DNA of 63,947 bases, the filler included, from Barthelona sp. PAP020 (lineage: Eukaryota): the NCBI GenBank assembly GCA_040182905.1. It is 4 parts of 4 records of this genome, joined end to end, with 100 filler letters (N's around TTAATTAATTAA, not from the genome) between each part and the next. Parts side by side here need not be neighbours in the genome. Positions count along the whole stretch, not along the records: positions 33,331 to 49,772 come from JARQWU010000259.1; 3 more parts are not named here. The stretch is one strand, 5' to 3'. Positions 33,655-44,578 of the stretch are shown here, piece after piece. A program made the position numbers and the translations under genes. Below the pieces are notes generated by a model. It had not been told where the DNA came from, did not search any database, and saw only the letters and a program-made list of their open reading frames with translations. How positions within the stretch are numbered: position 1 is the stretch's first letter; each line of letters begins with the position of its first letter.

Positions 33655-35157
33655 TTAGATAATCCTTGAATCTCCATCATCATTAAAAAGTTTAACTTCT
33701 TCAAAAATGGAAGATTCAACAATCTGAAGTTGAAAATTAGTCAGTGTATTGTCATTATCATCAACAATTTGGATACTTTCAGGAATGATATAAAAATTGG
33801 ATAGACGAAATTGTCCAGATAACTCCAAATTGATAAAACAATTTCTGTCCAAATTTCTTTTATTTCTTTGGTAAATGGATTGCAAATTTTGTTGATTAAA
33901 ATCAAAGGTTGATAAACTCCTTAGACTGCTTGATGAACTGCTTTTTCGAAGTTTTAAGTTTTCTGATGAATTTTGCTTTCTATTAAAAGTGAGTTTCACT
34001 GCTAAGTTTATCATTTTGGAAAAATCAATAGCGCCAGACAAAATCCACAACAAAGAATTATTTTTCTTTTCAACTTTTATTTCACCAACAGAATGAGAAT
34101 TTTTTTCAACTTTTCTTATTGTTCCATAGTCATTCAAAGGAATTGTTATACAGAATGATTCAGGTGATTTGTTGGAAACATTTTGAAAATTTTGAAAAAT
34201 ATTGCTCAAAGTGGATGAAATTTCCAAATTGACTCTCACAACACTTTCAAAATCTGAATTGCTTTCTTCAACCAAAAAATTACCATTGATAAAAGGTTCA
34301 TCAAGACTTTTAACGAATTGACCAATTGGCAAATCAACATCAAAAACGTTCTTTGAAATTCGTCTTTTCAATATAGCTTCTGGATTCACAACATTTGTCG
34401 CATGAGGAATTGGAATTTCCAAAAAGACTTTTTTTTCCTGGTCTTTTTTGATCACATTAATCATGGGATCAAATAGATACGTGCTATCATTTGGTAATTT
34501 AATTTCAAACTTCAAAAATAAGTTGGAGTTGATTCCATGATACATCGAAAGAAAATCCCCTGAAATTGATACATTTGACGTTATGGCAGAAGTAGAATTG
34601 TTCCTTTGCAAATATAATTTTAAATTATCTTTTATAATAAAGCGTAATATGGGTTTACTCACAGGATATATTAAAAAAGAATCAAAAAAATTAAAATTTT
34701 GATAAAATTCAAAAACATTAAAAATTAAAGGTTCGCCAAAAGGGATAATTATTGAAAGAATTGCTTGGCCTAAAGCTTCAAAATGCACCATTAGATTATT
34801 ATTTTTATTTACTTGATTCAAATAAAAACTACAATTTGCTAAATTAAAAATATCAACAACTTTTGAAGAAAAATACAACATTGTTCCAATTGAATAATCA
34901 GATGTATCTTTTAAAGCAATAAAAACAATCATTGAACCCTTAAGAACAATTAACGTTGAATAATTCATAATTGAAACAACATGGTATGATAAATTTTCTG
35001 CAGTATTTTTATATGTGTAATTTTGTAAGGAATCTAAAGCTAATTTAATAAAATGATGTTCGGGTGATTTTTCAAGATGATTAAAATCTGCATCAAACAC
35101 TTTTGATGCAATTATCTTTTGTTCAGAATATATAAATATCGCACTACATGTAGACAT
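33655..35157 (-). CDS. Adaptor complex mu-like subunit (longin + mu homology domain), best resembling AP-5 mu
   Basis: Longin-like N-terminus (SAIFIY...IIASKVF), IIPFGEP motif as in AP5M1, and an MHD-like beta-rich C-terminus (FCITIPL, SVGEI, SLLWIL). First ATG is 35157. Confidence 0.55.
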   Translation of the reverse strand: MSTCSAIFIYSEQKIIASKVFDADFNHLEKSPEHHFIKLALDSLQNYTYKNTAENLSYHVVSIMNYSTLIVLKGSMIVFIALKDTSDYSIGTMLYFSSKVVDIFNLANCSFYLNQVNKNNNLMVHFEALGQAILSIIIPFGEPLIFNVFEFYQNFNFFDSFLIYPVSKPILRFIIKDNLKLYLQRNNSTSAITSNVSISGDFLSMYHGINSNLFLKFEIKLPNDSTYLFDPMINVIKKDQEKKVFLEIPIPHATNVVNPEAILKRRISKNVFDVDLPIGQFVKSLDEPFINGNFLVEESNSDFESVVRVNLEISSTLSNIFQNFQNVSNKSPESFCITIPLNDYGTIRKVEKNSHSVGEIKVEKKNNSLLWILSGAIDFSKMINLAVKLTFNRKQNSSENLKLRKSSSSSSLRSLSTFDFNQQNLQSIYQRNKRNLDRNCFINLELSGQFRLSNFYIIPESIQIVDDNDNTLTNFQLQIVESSIFEEVKLFNDDGDSRII

Positions 35158-35207
35158 AATCACAAACTCAAATAAAAAAACTCCAAACAATTTTTTTTTG
35201 TTTTATT

Positions 35208-35786
35208 ATGAGCGACACGGAAACATACCACATTCATGATCCTTATTTAGGAAACGAAGATTATGATGATATAGAACAAGTTGATCATTTACAAGAGTTT
35301 CATGATGATAATATGATTGAAGATGATATTTCTTCAACAGAATTGAATGAACCAACTGCTAATTCTGATTTGTTAACGAATTATATGTCTATTATATTAA
35401 ACATGGATAAAGAAAGCAGAGCAGAAGGAAAGCCTGCCTTAGAACGTTTAAAAAAAATTGATTTAGTTGTAGAAAGTCTTAGAATGCAATTTAAAAACCC
35501 AGATAATTTGTCATCATTTTTATTTGATATGATATCAGAATGGTTAGAACCTTTAGAACCAGATTTTGAATTGCCAGCATTAAATATCCGAAATGTTCTT
35601 ATCCAAGAACTCAATGAAATGGAATATGAAAAGGTTAATTTTAACATCATATTGAACAGTAATATTGGTGCAATTTGTCAATTTCTTTCTAATCACCCTC
35701 ATGAAACCGAAGAAAATAAGGTTATTCTTAAAAAATTAATTCGTCGTTGGAAAAAGATTATTGGTGAAATCATAAAAGCTGAATAA
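35208..35786 (+). CDS. IWS1: Transcription elongation factor IWS1/Spn1 (TFIIS N-terminal-like domain)
   Basis: KPALERLK, EWLEPL..FELPALNIR, SNIG.I.QFL..HPHET.ENK...KLI.RW. Confidence 0.9.
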   Translation: MSDTETYHIHDPYLGNEDYDDIEQVDHLQEFHDDNMIEDDISSTELNEPTANSDLLTNYMSIILNMDKESRAEGKPALERLKKIDLVVESLRMQFKNPDNLSSFLFDMISEWLEPLEPDFELPALNIRNVLIQELNEMEYEKVNFNIILNSNIGAICQFLSNHPHETEENKVILKKLIRRWKKIIGEIIKAE

Positions 35787-35988
35787 TTGTTAGTTTATTA
35801 TTGACTTTTTTGTTTTATGATTTTGTTTGAACTAGAATGTAAAAAAGTCAGTTTTTTATTGGTTTAATTACTTTTTGAAACAAAAGAAGCGGTTTCTCTT
35901 CTTTATCAGATTTTGGGCTTGCATATCATCGCTGTTGCTTTAAATTTTCAAGTTTAAAGAAAAAATAAAAAAAATAAAAAGAAATTTA

Positions 35989-37092
35989 TCAAGCTTTGAT
36001 AATTTTGCCTCCAATTTCTTGTACAAATCTTGCAAAATTTCTATATTCAGTTAAACGTGTAGTAAAACCACTGTAAAATACAAGATTAACTTCTAAACCA
36101 CTGCGCACAATAAGATCTTTACACTCAATGATTGCTTCGAAAATATCTGAATGGGGATTTTGAAAAACTCCTCCTCCAATTAAAGTTAGAAAAACTTTGT
36201 TAGCACCAGGCAAGTTCATTGCTCGACTTAGTTGAGAATTAATTATGGCTGATCTGATAGTTCCTTCGTAAGACGCTCTAAGACATTTCTTTGCAACTAC
36301 ACGAGCTTTTTCTTCATTTCTAAAATGATCACAAAAATTCAAAGCAGCAGTAAAGACTTGATGAATCAGTTGTGGATTCTGAATCTTAAAATAATCAAAT
36401 CCTTCACGTTTTTCAAAAACAACTTCAACAAATTGATGATTTCCGACTCTAATGGTTCCAGAATCTTTTATAGAATTCATATCATAATTTTGAGGCAACA
36501 AAATATATCCATTTTGAACTGGAACATTGAAATCTTCCAAAAGTTCTATTTCATGAGACATCTGTCCCACAAAGTTCTTGTGATGATGCAAATATGAACG
36601 ATAAAATGTGGCAGGATAAGCTCCCATAGATGCTCCAGGACCTTGTGTTCTATCATAAGGATATCCACTTATACCGGAGCGTACAGATGAACGATTACTA
36701 ACAAGTTCTAAACAATTGAAATTGCTGGCAACCTGAAACGTTGCACCAGCATGTTCAGGATAAGCTTGAGAGTCAATAATGGAGAACAAATGTGGTTGTA
36801 TTCCAATTTCACCACTGATTATATTAACAATTCCATGTCCTTTATTAGGTAAATGCTCAATAATTTCTTCAGACTTTTCTCTTAATTCAAAAATATTTGG
36901 TGTTTCAAAATGTCCAACAATATATTTATTTCCATTTTTACAATCAATTTGATTAACTAAAATAGGCAATTCAACACCTTCAAAAAAATTTACCTCTTCC
37001 ATTTCAACTTCCAAATAGCGTTCATCTGGATTTATGCTTGATTCTTCAAAACCAAAGCAATTTTCAAACCATTTTGCCTTTCGATCACACAT
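35989..37092 (-). CDS. Uncharacterised macrodomain/PARG-like fold protein of a family widespread in bacteria and protists
   Basis: WFENCFGF.E, ATFQVASNFNCLE, YPYDRTQGP, RASYEGT, VFLTLIGGGVFQN. Start is 37092, or 37143 with a hydrophobic leader. Confidence 0.6.
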   Translation of the reverse strand: MCDRKAKWFENCFGFEESSINPDERYLEVEMEEVNFFEGVELPILVNQIDCKNGNKYIVGHFETPNIFELREKSEEIIEHLPNKGHGIVNIISGEIGIQPHLFSIIDSQAYPEHAGATFQVASNFNCLELVSNRSSVRSGISGYPYDRTQGPGASMGAYPATFYRSYLHHHKNFVGQMSHEIELLEDFNVPVQNGYILLPQNYDMNSIKDSGTIRVGNHQFVEVVFEKREGFDYFKIQNPQLIHQVFTAALNFCDHFRNEEKARVVAKKCLRASYEGTIRSAIINSQLSRAMNLPGANKVFLTLIGGGVFQNPHSDIFEAIIECKDLIVRSGLEVNLVFYSGFTTRLTEYRNFARFVQEIGGKIIKA

Positions 37093-37390
37093 GATAATAT
37101 TGATCCAAAAAAATGACAAAACTAAAAAAAGAATCAATTTCATTTAACTGCGCAACATTTAAATTAAAAGCTTTGAAAATGGGCAGAATGCATTGTACAA
37201 ATGTGTTTGTTGTTTTTTATTTGCAAATCTTATTTTCTTAAAATAGTTTTTTTTTCACACAACCCTTATTTCTGTCAAATAAATTGATAATTGAAAAATT
37301 AAAAAGGAAGAAATAAAATTAAAAAAAGTGGGTAAAATGAAACTTGAATTGAAATTTTTTTTTTCTTAACCACACATCTGTGTATATGTA

Positions 37391-38692
37391 ATGAAACGTT
37401 ATAGAAAACTTGATACAGTGGGTGATGGTTCATATGGTACTGTTGTTAAAGCTGTTAATTCTAGTACCGGTGAATTGGTTGCAATTAAAAAACTAAAAAG
37501 AAAATTCTATTCATGGGATGAATGTACACAGCTTAGAGAAGTAAAATCTTTGATGAAATTAAATCATCCCAATATTGTTAAATTGAAAGAGGTCATTCGT
37601 CAAACTGATGAATTGTACTTGGTATTTGAATTTATGGAAGGAAATTTATATCAAATTTTAAAAAACAGAGATAAATTTTTGCCAGAATCTCAAATTCGCA
37701 ATTATATGTATCAAATGTTACAAGCTTTGGCTTACATGCACAGGCATGGTTTTTTCCACAGAGATATGAAACCGGAAAATGTTCTTACTGCAGAATCATT
37801 TTGTAAACTGGCTGATTTTGGCTTGGCCCGTGAAATTAGATCTAGACCTCCTTATACTGAATATGTTTCTACCAGGTGGTATAGAGCTCCCGAAATTTTA
37901 TTGAGAAGTCCCCACTATAGCAGTCCTGTTGATATATGGGCATTAGGACCAATAATGGCTGAAATGTATATGTTAAGACCTTTGTTTCCTGGAAGTTCTG
38001 AAATTGATACTTTGTATCGTATTTGTAGTGTCTTAGGACCTCCTACAAACAAAAGTTGGGCGGATGGATTAAAATTAGCACAAAACATTGGATTTAATTA
38101 TCCATCTACAACACCTACAAGTTTAGAAAGCATTTGTAAGAATGCTAGCTGTGAAGCAATTCAATTGATGATGGATATGATGCATTATGATCCTGCTAAG
38201 CGTCCAACTGCTTCTCAATGCTTACAATATCCATACTTTACAAAACATTTAAAAGTTCCCAGAACTTTAAATCCTTCTTCAAGTCAAAAAAATATAGATA
38301 ATCAAGTAAAGGAAAAAATCCCTCGATTAACTCCCTTAACAACCCCCAAAAGCTCATTATCGAGAAAAAAAGGATCAACTTCCAGATTGATTAGCACGAG
38401 TTCAAGACAGAGTTCCAGTGGTTCTGAAAGGAATTCTGTGTCTTCAATGTCTTCAAATCGTGGAGTTGGTGGTGTTGTTTTTGGTAACAGAAGAACTTCT
38501 CCAAGAGCTTCTGAAAATTCTAACAATTTGCCCCAACTGCCATTAATTCAAAGAACTAGATTTAGACCTGGCGCAAATCCTGTTGGTGATGCGAAGAAAG
38601 GTGTTGTAAGTCGAAATTATACACAAAAAGGATTACCTGCACTTTCAAATAGCAATCAAACATATTCCAGAGGCAAATATGGACGACATTGA
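37391..38692 (+). CDS. MAK/ICK (RCK family) serine/threonine kinase
   Basis: [61 protein letters not shown]; disordered tail. Confidence 0.95.
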   Translation: MKRYRKLDTVGDGSYGTVVKAVNSSTGELVAIKKLKRKFYSWDECTQLREVKSLMKLNHPNIVKLKEVIRQTDELYLVFEFMEGNLYQILKNRDKFLPESQIRNYMYQMLQALAYMHRHGFFHRDMKPENVLTAESFCKLADFGLAREIRSRPPYTEYVSTRWYRAPEILLRSPHYSSPVDIWALGPIMAEMYMLRPLFPGSSEIDTLYRICSVLGPPTNKSWADGLKLAQNIGFNYPSTTPTSLESICKNASCEAIQLMMDMMHYDPAKRPTASQCLQYPYFTKHLKVPRTLNPSSSQKNIDNQVKEKIPRLTPLTTPKSSLSRKKGSTSRLISTSSRQSSSGSERNSVSSMSSNRGVGGVVFGNRRTSPRASENSNNLPQLPLIQRTRFRPGANPVGDAKKGVVSRNYTQKGLPALSNSNQTYSRGKYGRH

Positions 38693-39230
38693 TTTTGTTT
38701 TTATAAAAACTCTTTTATTTATTTATTCTTTGGAAATTTTTCGTTGAAAGAAATTGTTTCAGCCCCTTTTATTCATTAAAAAAACAACTTAAATCTCCAA
38801 AAAATAGAAAATGTTGTTGATGAAAAAGACTGCAGCTAGTTCCTCAACGGCATGGCAAAAACAAAAATCTTAATTTTATTCATCCTAAATTCTTTCAAAA
38901 GTATTTACTCATTTTTAAATTCACACTCACAAGAGATAATCCTCTTGTACAAACAGATTGTCACAATTGTGCATGATCTCCAAGGAAGGAGATTTTCCTG
39001 GAAATAACATTGAAAAAAACAACAAATGAAAATAAATAACTGTTTATCATTGAACAAACCAAAACGAATAAAAGTATTGATTTTTCAACATTCCTTTTTT
39101 TTTAAGGAATATCTTGTCTTTTTGGTTGCATACAGATATAACAAATCAAATTTTAACAATCAGGTAAATGATAAAATGGGAGGTCAATTTTTGTTGGCTG
39201 CGATTTCTTTTTTTTTTGAATTTGAGAATC

Positions 39231-42104
39231 ATGAAATTGATCTTTACATTACAATACTATACTCATCCTGGACAACAGCTATTCATATATGGGTCATCCA
39301 AGGAATTTGGGATGTTCGAGCCTAATTTGGCCCATCCAATGAAATGGATGGAAAGAGGATTTTGGATTTGTGAAATTGACAACATTAAAGATTTTGATTT
39401 TGAATATAAATACATTGTAAAATCCGAAAATGGGTTGGAAATTGAACCAGGTCCAAACCATCTATTCAAACTGGACTATATTGATAATAATGAAGACAAA
39501 TCTTTATTTATTTTTGATTTTTGGGGTAGAATGGACAATAAGGAAGAAAGAATTCACAAAACTTCACCTTTTAAAGATTGTATCTTTTCTCAAAATGAGC
39601 ATTCAAATCAAGAATATAAATTGAATTATAATTCAAATGAATCAACTCCTCGTGTACCTGTTGGTTTTACAACCTATTTACCTCGTTTAGTCAAAGGAGA
39701 TTCCATTAAAGTTTGTGGAAGTATTGAAGACCTCGGATGTATTAATGGACATTGGAAGCCTGAATATGGATTAGAATTGAAACCTTTAGGTAACAATTAT
39801 TATGGAGGTGTCATTCATTTGCCAGTTAAATCTAAATTTGAATGGAAATTGGTTATTGAAACTGAAAAAGATGGTAATATTTGGCATGAAGGACCCAACA
39901 ATTTATTATCTCTGAATACTGAATCTGTTCTCATTCAATGTGGAAGATTTGAATCTGAAGCGTATAAGGGAAGATTTAAAGGATTTGGTGTCGCGATTCC
40001 AGTATTTTCATTACGTTCTGCTGAAGATTTTGGTGTTGGTGAATTTTTAGATTTGATTCCATTTTTAGACTATTTAAGAAAATTAGGGGGTAGAATATGT
40101 CAGATTTTACCTATTACTGACACTAGAGTTTTCAATATGTGGTGGGATTCTTATCCTTATTCTCCTTTGAGTGCATTTGCTTTGCATCCTATGTATTTAA
40201 GAATTCCTGAAGTTGAAGGATTTGATAATGATATTTGTGAGAATTATGAAAACATTCGCAAAGAATTCAATGAAAAGTTCAATAAATCAGTTGAATATGA
40301 AAAGGTTTTAGAACATAAATTGAAATTTATTTCTCAAATTTTCAAGGAAAAGTATGGTTCTTTATTTGAAGATGATGGTGAAGTTGTTATTTTTGATATT
40401 TTAAAAAAGAGATCTCCTGCAATGTTAAAATATTACAAAGAAAATGAACATTGGTTGGTACCTTACGCAAGCTTCCTATATTATGCTAAACTTTATGGTA
40501 CAACTGAGTTTAAAACTTGGAAAGAACATTCAGTATTTAATGTAGATATGCTGGAAGAAGTTGTTAAGCAAGAAGAATTTTGGTTAAACGTTTTTATTCA
40601 ATACAATTGTCATTTACAAATGTCAGCAGTATTTGAACATGCTAACAATGTTGGATGTTGTTTGAAAGGTGATATTCCTATTGGTGTTTCACCAAATTCT
40701 GTTGATGCTTGGTGGAGACCTGATGAATTTGTTATGGATGAATCTGTTGGAGCTCCTCCTGATCAATTTAGTGCTAACGGACAAAATTGGTTATTCCCTC
40801 CTTATAATTGGGAAGCTATGGAAGCCAATGATTTTGAATGGTGGATAACAAGATTACAACAATCTGCTCATTATTTCCATGCCTTTAGAGTTGATCATGT
40901 GTTGGGTCTGTTTAGAATTTGGCAAATTCCTAGAGACAATGTTCATGCCACTTTGGGTAGATATCACCCAACCATTGAAATTACTGAAGATGATTTGAAG
41001 GCAAGAAATCTATGGGATATTGATAGGTATTGTAATCCCCATATTACGGAACATACTTTACATCGAATTGCAGCTAAACTTCAGGCATTTGAACTTCTTG
41101 ATGTATTAAAACAAGAATATATCAAACCTAAGGGATATGGTGGTGAATATGAATTCAGAATTGATTATGCAAATGAACATGAATTGCTTGATCCTGTTTC
41201 TGAAATGATTGAAAATGCCAGAAGAAATGAAGAAGATTATACTCAGTTTGATAAATTATTCAAATTCTTAATGTTCCTTTACAACAACAGAATTATGTCC
41301 AAACATGAAGTTAATGGAAAAACCATCTTTGTTCCATTATTTGACATGAAGGAAGCTGACACCAATTGCAAGTATAGTTGGATTGACAGTGGTTTACCCA
41401 AAGATAATCTTGAGGATTTGTGGGAAGCTTATCATTATGGACCTCATCAAAACGAATTGTGGAGAAATACAGCTTATAAAAGATTGATTATGTTGACAAA
41501 GGCCACAGGTTTATTATTATGTGGTGAAGATTTGGGTGCTTTGGCTGATTGTGTTGCTCCTACAATGAATGAATTTGACATGTTGGGTCTTAGAGTTCAA
41601 AGATTCCCTCCTCCTTTCATGGAAGAAGCTGGTTTGGTTAATCCCAACATAAAGGCCAGTCATCCTGATGATTATGAATGGATGACAGTTAGCACCTCAG
41701 GTACTCATGACATGCCCACTTTGAGAGGTTGGTTCACCGAAAAAAATTTAACACCAAAAGAACATCGTCAAAGAGATCTTTTCTATTGTGATTTGTGTGG
41801 TTTTAAAAAGATGCCTGCAAAGAACGATCAAGAAATTAAACAACTTACCGAGAGAGTTTTGGATATGCATTTGTTTGGACCTTCTATGTGGACAATATTC
41901 CCATTACAAGATTTACTTTATTTAAATAATGATACACGTTTTAATGGAGAACCTGAAGAGGAAATGATCAACATTCCTGCAATTCAAAAACACTACTGGA
42001 AGTACAGGCTTCATATTTCAATTGAAGATCTTGAAAAGAATCATGCATTGGTCAACAAGATTCGCAGCAAAGTCGAAGCTTCTGGAAGAGACACTATTTA
42101 TTAA
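39231..42104 (+). CDS. DPE2: 4-alpha-glucanotransferase, DPE2 type (2x CBM20 + GH77)
   Basis: Two CBM20-like N-terminal modules; GVAIPVFSLRS, DSYPYS..SAFALHP.Y, LKGDIPIG, GAPPDQFS..GQNW.FP.YNW, FRVDHVLG, CGEDLG, THDMPTLRGW. Likely start 39231. Confidence 0.93.
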   Translation: MKLIFTLQYYTHPGQQLFIYGSSKEFGMFEPNLAHPMKWMERGFWICEIDNIKDFDFEYKYIVKSENGLEIEPGPNHLFKLDYIDNNEDKSLFIFDFWGRMDNKEERIHKTSPFKDCIFSQNEHSNQEYKLNYNSNESTPRVPVGFTTYLPRLVKGDSIKVCGSIEDLGCINGHWKPEYGLELKPLGNNYYGGVIHLPVKSKFEWKLVIETEKDGNIWHEGPNNLLSLNTESVLIQCGRFESEAYKGRFKGFGVAIPVFSLRSAEDFGVGEFLDLIPFLDYLRKLGGRICQILPITDTRVFNMWWDSYPYSPLSAFALHPMYLRIPEVEGFDNDICENYENIRKEFNEKFNKSVEYEKVLEHKLKFISQIFKEKYGSLFEDDGEVVIFDILKKRSPAMLKYYKENEHWLVPYASFLYYAKLYGTTEFKTWKEHSVFNVDMLEEVVKQEEFWLNVFIQYNCHLQMSAVFEHANNVGCCLKGDIPIGVSPNSVDAWWRPDEFVMDESVGAPPDQFSANGQNWLFPPYNWEAMEANDFEWWITRLQQSAHYFHAFRVDHVLGLFRIWQIPRDNVHATLGRYHPTIEITEDDLKARNLWDIDRYCNPHITEHTLHRIAAKLQAFELLDVLKQEYIKPKGYGGEYEFRIDYANEHELLDPVSEMIENARRNEEDYTQFDKLFKFLMFLYNNRIMSKHEVNGKTIFVPLFDMKEADTNCKYSWIDSGLPKDNLEDLWEAYHYGPHQNELWRNTAYKRLIMLTKATGLLLCGEDLGALADCVAPTMNEFDMLGLRVQRFPPPFMEEAGLVNPNIKASHPDDYEWMTVSTSGTHDMPTLRGWFTEKNLTPKEHRQRDLFYCDLCGFKKMPAKNDQEIKQLTERVLDMHLFGPSMWTIFPLQDLLYLNNDTRFNGEPEEEMINIPAIQKHYWKYRLHISIEDLEKNHALVNKIRSKVEASGRDTIY

Positions 42105-42314
42105 TTAATTAATGACATATATGAAACTTATAAATTAGATTGAAAAGAAAAAATAAATTTTTTTTTAATAAAAATGGCAAACTGTTCAAACAGATACAAA
42201 AACAATGATTATACCCAATTATAAAGAAAAATTAATGAAAATAAATTTCCTTTTGACAACTTACAATGATAAAAGAAAAATGGAAAAAATTCATTTTTAC
42301 AAATCAATGACATA

Positions 42315-44246
42315 ATGAATATGATCAATAGTAAGATAATTCCATTAAGATTTACTGAAGATCATAAACCTATTAATTCTATTGATATACATCCAAAATT
42401 GCCAAGAATTGCAACTACTGGTCTAGATGGTGAAATAAGAATATGGGAAATAATTTCTAGTGGAATGGGAGTTAAATTTATAGCTGAAACCATTCAACAT
42501 CATTCAGAAATTGGTAATAGTGTTCGATGGTCCAATTCTGGTCAATATTTAGCATCTTGTGGTGGAAGTGGTGAATTATTTGTTTGGGAACAATCACTTG
42601 AAAAAGAAATTCCAATTGATAAGCTTGAAATTCGAGTGACGGAATATTGGTCCCGAAAATTCAATTTATCTTGTCCAAACAATGACGATGTTACTGATTT
42701 ATGTTGGTCAAAAGATGATAAATATATTATTGCCGGGAATGAAAATGCTACATGCTTTGTCTTTGAAGCTGCTGAAGAAACTTTGTTGTGGGAAATTACT
42801 GTTGGAAATCAAATGATTCAAGGGATATCTTTTGACCCTTTTTTGAAATATCTGCCAATCCTCAGTTCAGATCCATATTTAACCGTTTTTGAATTATCTT
42901 CCAATAAATATGGAGATATGATTGTAAACAAGGACCCCAGAAAATTTAAAAAGCTTGAGATTCCCTCGCTGCCAGAAGTTTTGGCTAAATGGATGCCCGC
43001 TGGACGATCATTTTACAGGAGATGTGATTGGTCAATTGATGGATCATTATTCGCTGCTGCTGGAGGTTTAGCACAACTACCACGGTCGGAAATTGATCTT
43101 GGAAAAGAAAAACCGTTTCTTGAAGTGGAAAATATGCCCACAACATGTGCCTACGTAATTGGAAGAGCTAAAATGGAATTATTAGCTTTATTACCGGGTG
43201 GACGCGCTTACGTTGTATGTTGCAGATTTTTGCCTTTTTTGTTGCATGCCAGAAAAGAAGAATCACAATTTTTAGTAAGTAAATATCGAACTTTGTTAGC
43301 TATGGTTACTTTGGATGGAATCTCCATTTATGACACAGAAACAATGCTTCCAGTTGCTATCAGTTATCATCAGCATTGTCTTCCTTTAACAGACTGTTCA
43401 TGGTATCGTAGAGAAGACAATGGATTGACTTTATACATCTCTGCGAGAGATGGATATATTTCTAAATTAGATTTGGCTCCAGAAGTTGTTGGAGATTTTG
43501 TTTCTGAAGCCGAAACTGTGCGCTATTTGAATGAAGTTGAAATGGCACCAATAATGCCATTTAATAAATTAGTGCATGGTGTTAAATCTGTTGATACCAG
43601 GGTATTTGATAGACGTAGTAATGACCGTTTACGTGGAAAATTCCCAGGAAGTACTTCAATGGCTACTGAAGTTTTAATTGAGCAAGCGATTCTTGAAAAT
43701 GATAAAAAAAAAAATGAAACAGATAAAAAAGATGAAAAAGGTGAAAAACAAATGAAAATTGTAAAAAAACGAAAAAGAAGTTCAAGTTCAAAGAGTAAAA
43801 GCAAAAAGTGTTCTATGAGAGAAATGGGTACAATTTCTGCCTCTATAAATAGTGATGGAGAAGTTGTCGCTGTAAAATTGAATTTAGAAACAACATCACC
43901 CGTTATTCCCCCTCCACCTTCAAATGAAATAAAAGAAATGATCTTAAAAAAGGCGGGAATTAAGAGAGAACCAAAAATTGAGGTGCAAACCACCATCGAA
44001 AATCAAAATCTTGAGCGAAAAGATGAAATTGATAAAGGTACAAATGTTTCAGAAAATGAAATGCCTTGCATGAAAGGGAATCAAGAAAATGGACTCAATC
44101 TTAGTTTTGGGTCAGAGGATCAATCACTTGCCATTACAACGGATTCAGCAGAAATCAACATGGAGTCAAGTGATAATATGGAACAAGCGACAAATCCTAT
44201 TCCAGATGATAGTGAAAATACTTCTGATTTTATAATTTCCTTCTAA
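42315..44246 (+). CDS. CHAF1B: Chromatin assembly factor 1 subunit B (p60/Cac2)-like WD40 protein
   Basis: PINSIDIHP, RIATTGLD..IRIW, VRWS.SGQYLAS, QGISFDP, SFYRRCDWS.DGSL, H..PLTDCSW, S.RDGY; HIRA is the less likely alternative. Confidence 0.7.
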   Translation: MNMINSKIIPLRFTEDHKPINSIDIHPKLPRIATTGLDGEIRIWEIISSGMGVKFIAETIQHHSEIGNSVRWSNSGQYLASCGGSGELFVWEQSLEKEIPIDKLEIRVTEYWSRKFNLSCPNNDDVTDLCWSKDDKYIIAGNENATCFVFEAAEETLLWEITVGNQMIQGISFDPFLKYLPILSSDPYLTVFELSSNKYGDMIVNKDPRKFKKLEIPSLPEVLAKWMPAGRSFYRRCDWSIDGSLFAAAGGLAQLPRSEIDLGKEKPFLEVENMPTTCAYVIGRAKMELLALLPGGRAYVVCCRFLPFLLHARKEESQFLVSKYRTLLAMVTLDGISIYDTETMLPVAISYHQHCLPLTDCSWYRREDNGLTLYISARDGYISKLDLAPEVVGDFVSEAETVRYLNEVEMAPIMPFNKLVHGVKSVDTRVFDRRSNDRLRGKFPGSTSMATEVLIEQAILENDKKKNETDKKDEKGEKQMKIVKKRKRSSSSKSKSKKCSMREMGTISASINSDGEVVAVKLNLETTSPVIPPPPSNEIKEMILKKAGIKREPKIEVQTTIENQNLERKDEIDKGTNVSENEMPCMKGNQENGLNLSFGSEDQSLAITTDSAEINMESSDNMEQATNPIPDDSENTSDFIISF

Positions 44247-44578
44247 ATTTTGTAGTCTTTTATAAATATTGTTCAATTTTTTTTTTTCTTTAGAGAAAAA
44301 AATGGAGGTTATCCAATTCATCACTGAGTTATTTTCACACTGCGCTAAATTTTCCCTGTCAACAAAACACATCTGAGAGAAGAATTCAAATTCCAAAAAT
44401 AGAGGACAACAATAACAAATAATTAACGCAAAAAATAAGTTTAAAACTGAAGCAAACAAACAAAATCAACAATAAATTTATTCATTTTTCTTAAAAAGAG
44501 CTCAAAATAGGATTATGTGTACTTTTATCTGCAAATATTTAACAATGTTGTTCCTAACACTATCATATTTATTAAAAC

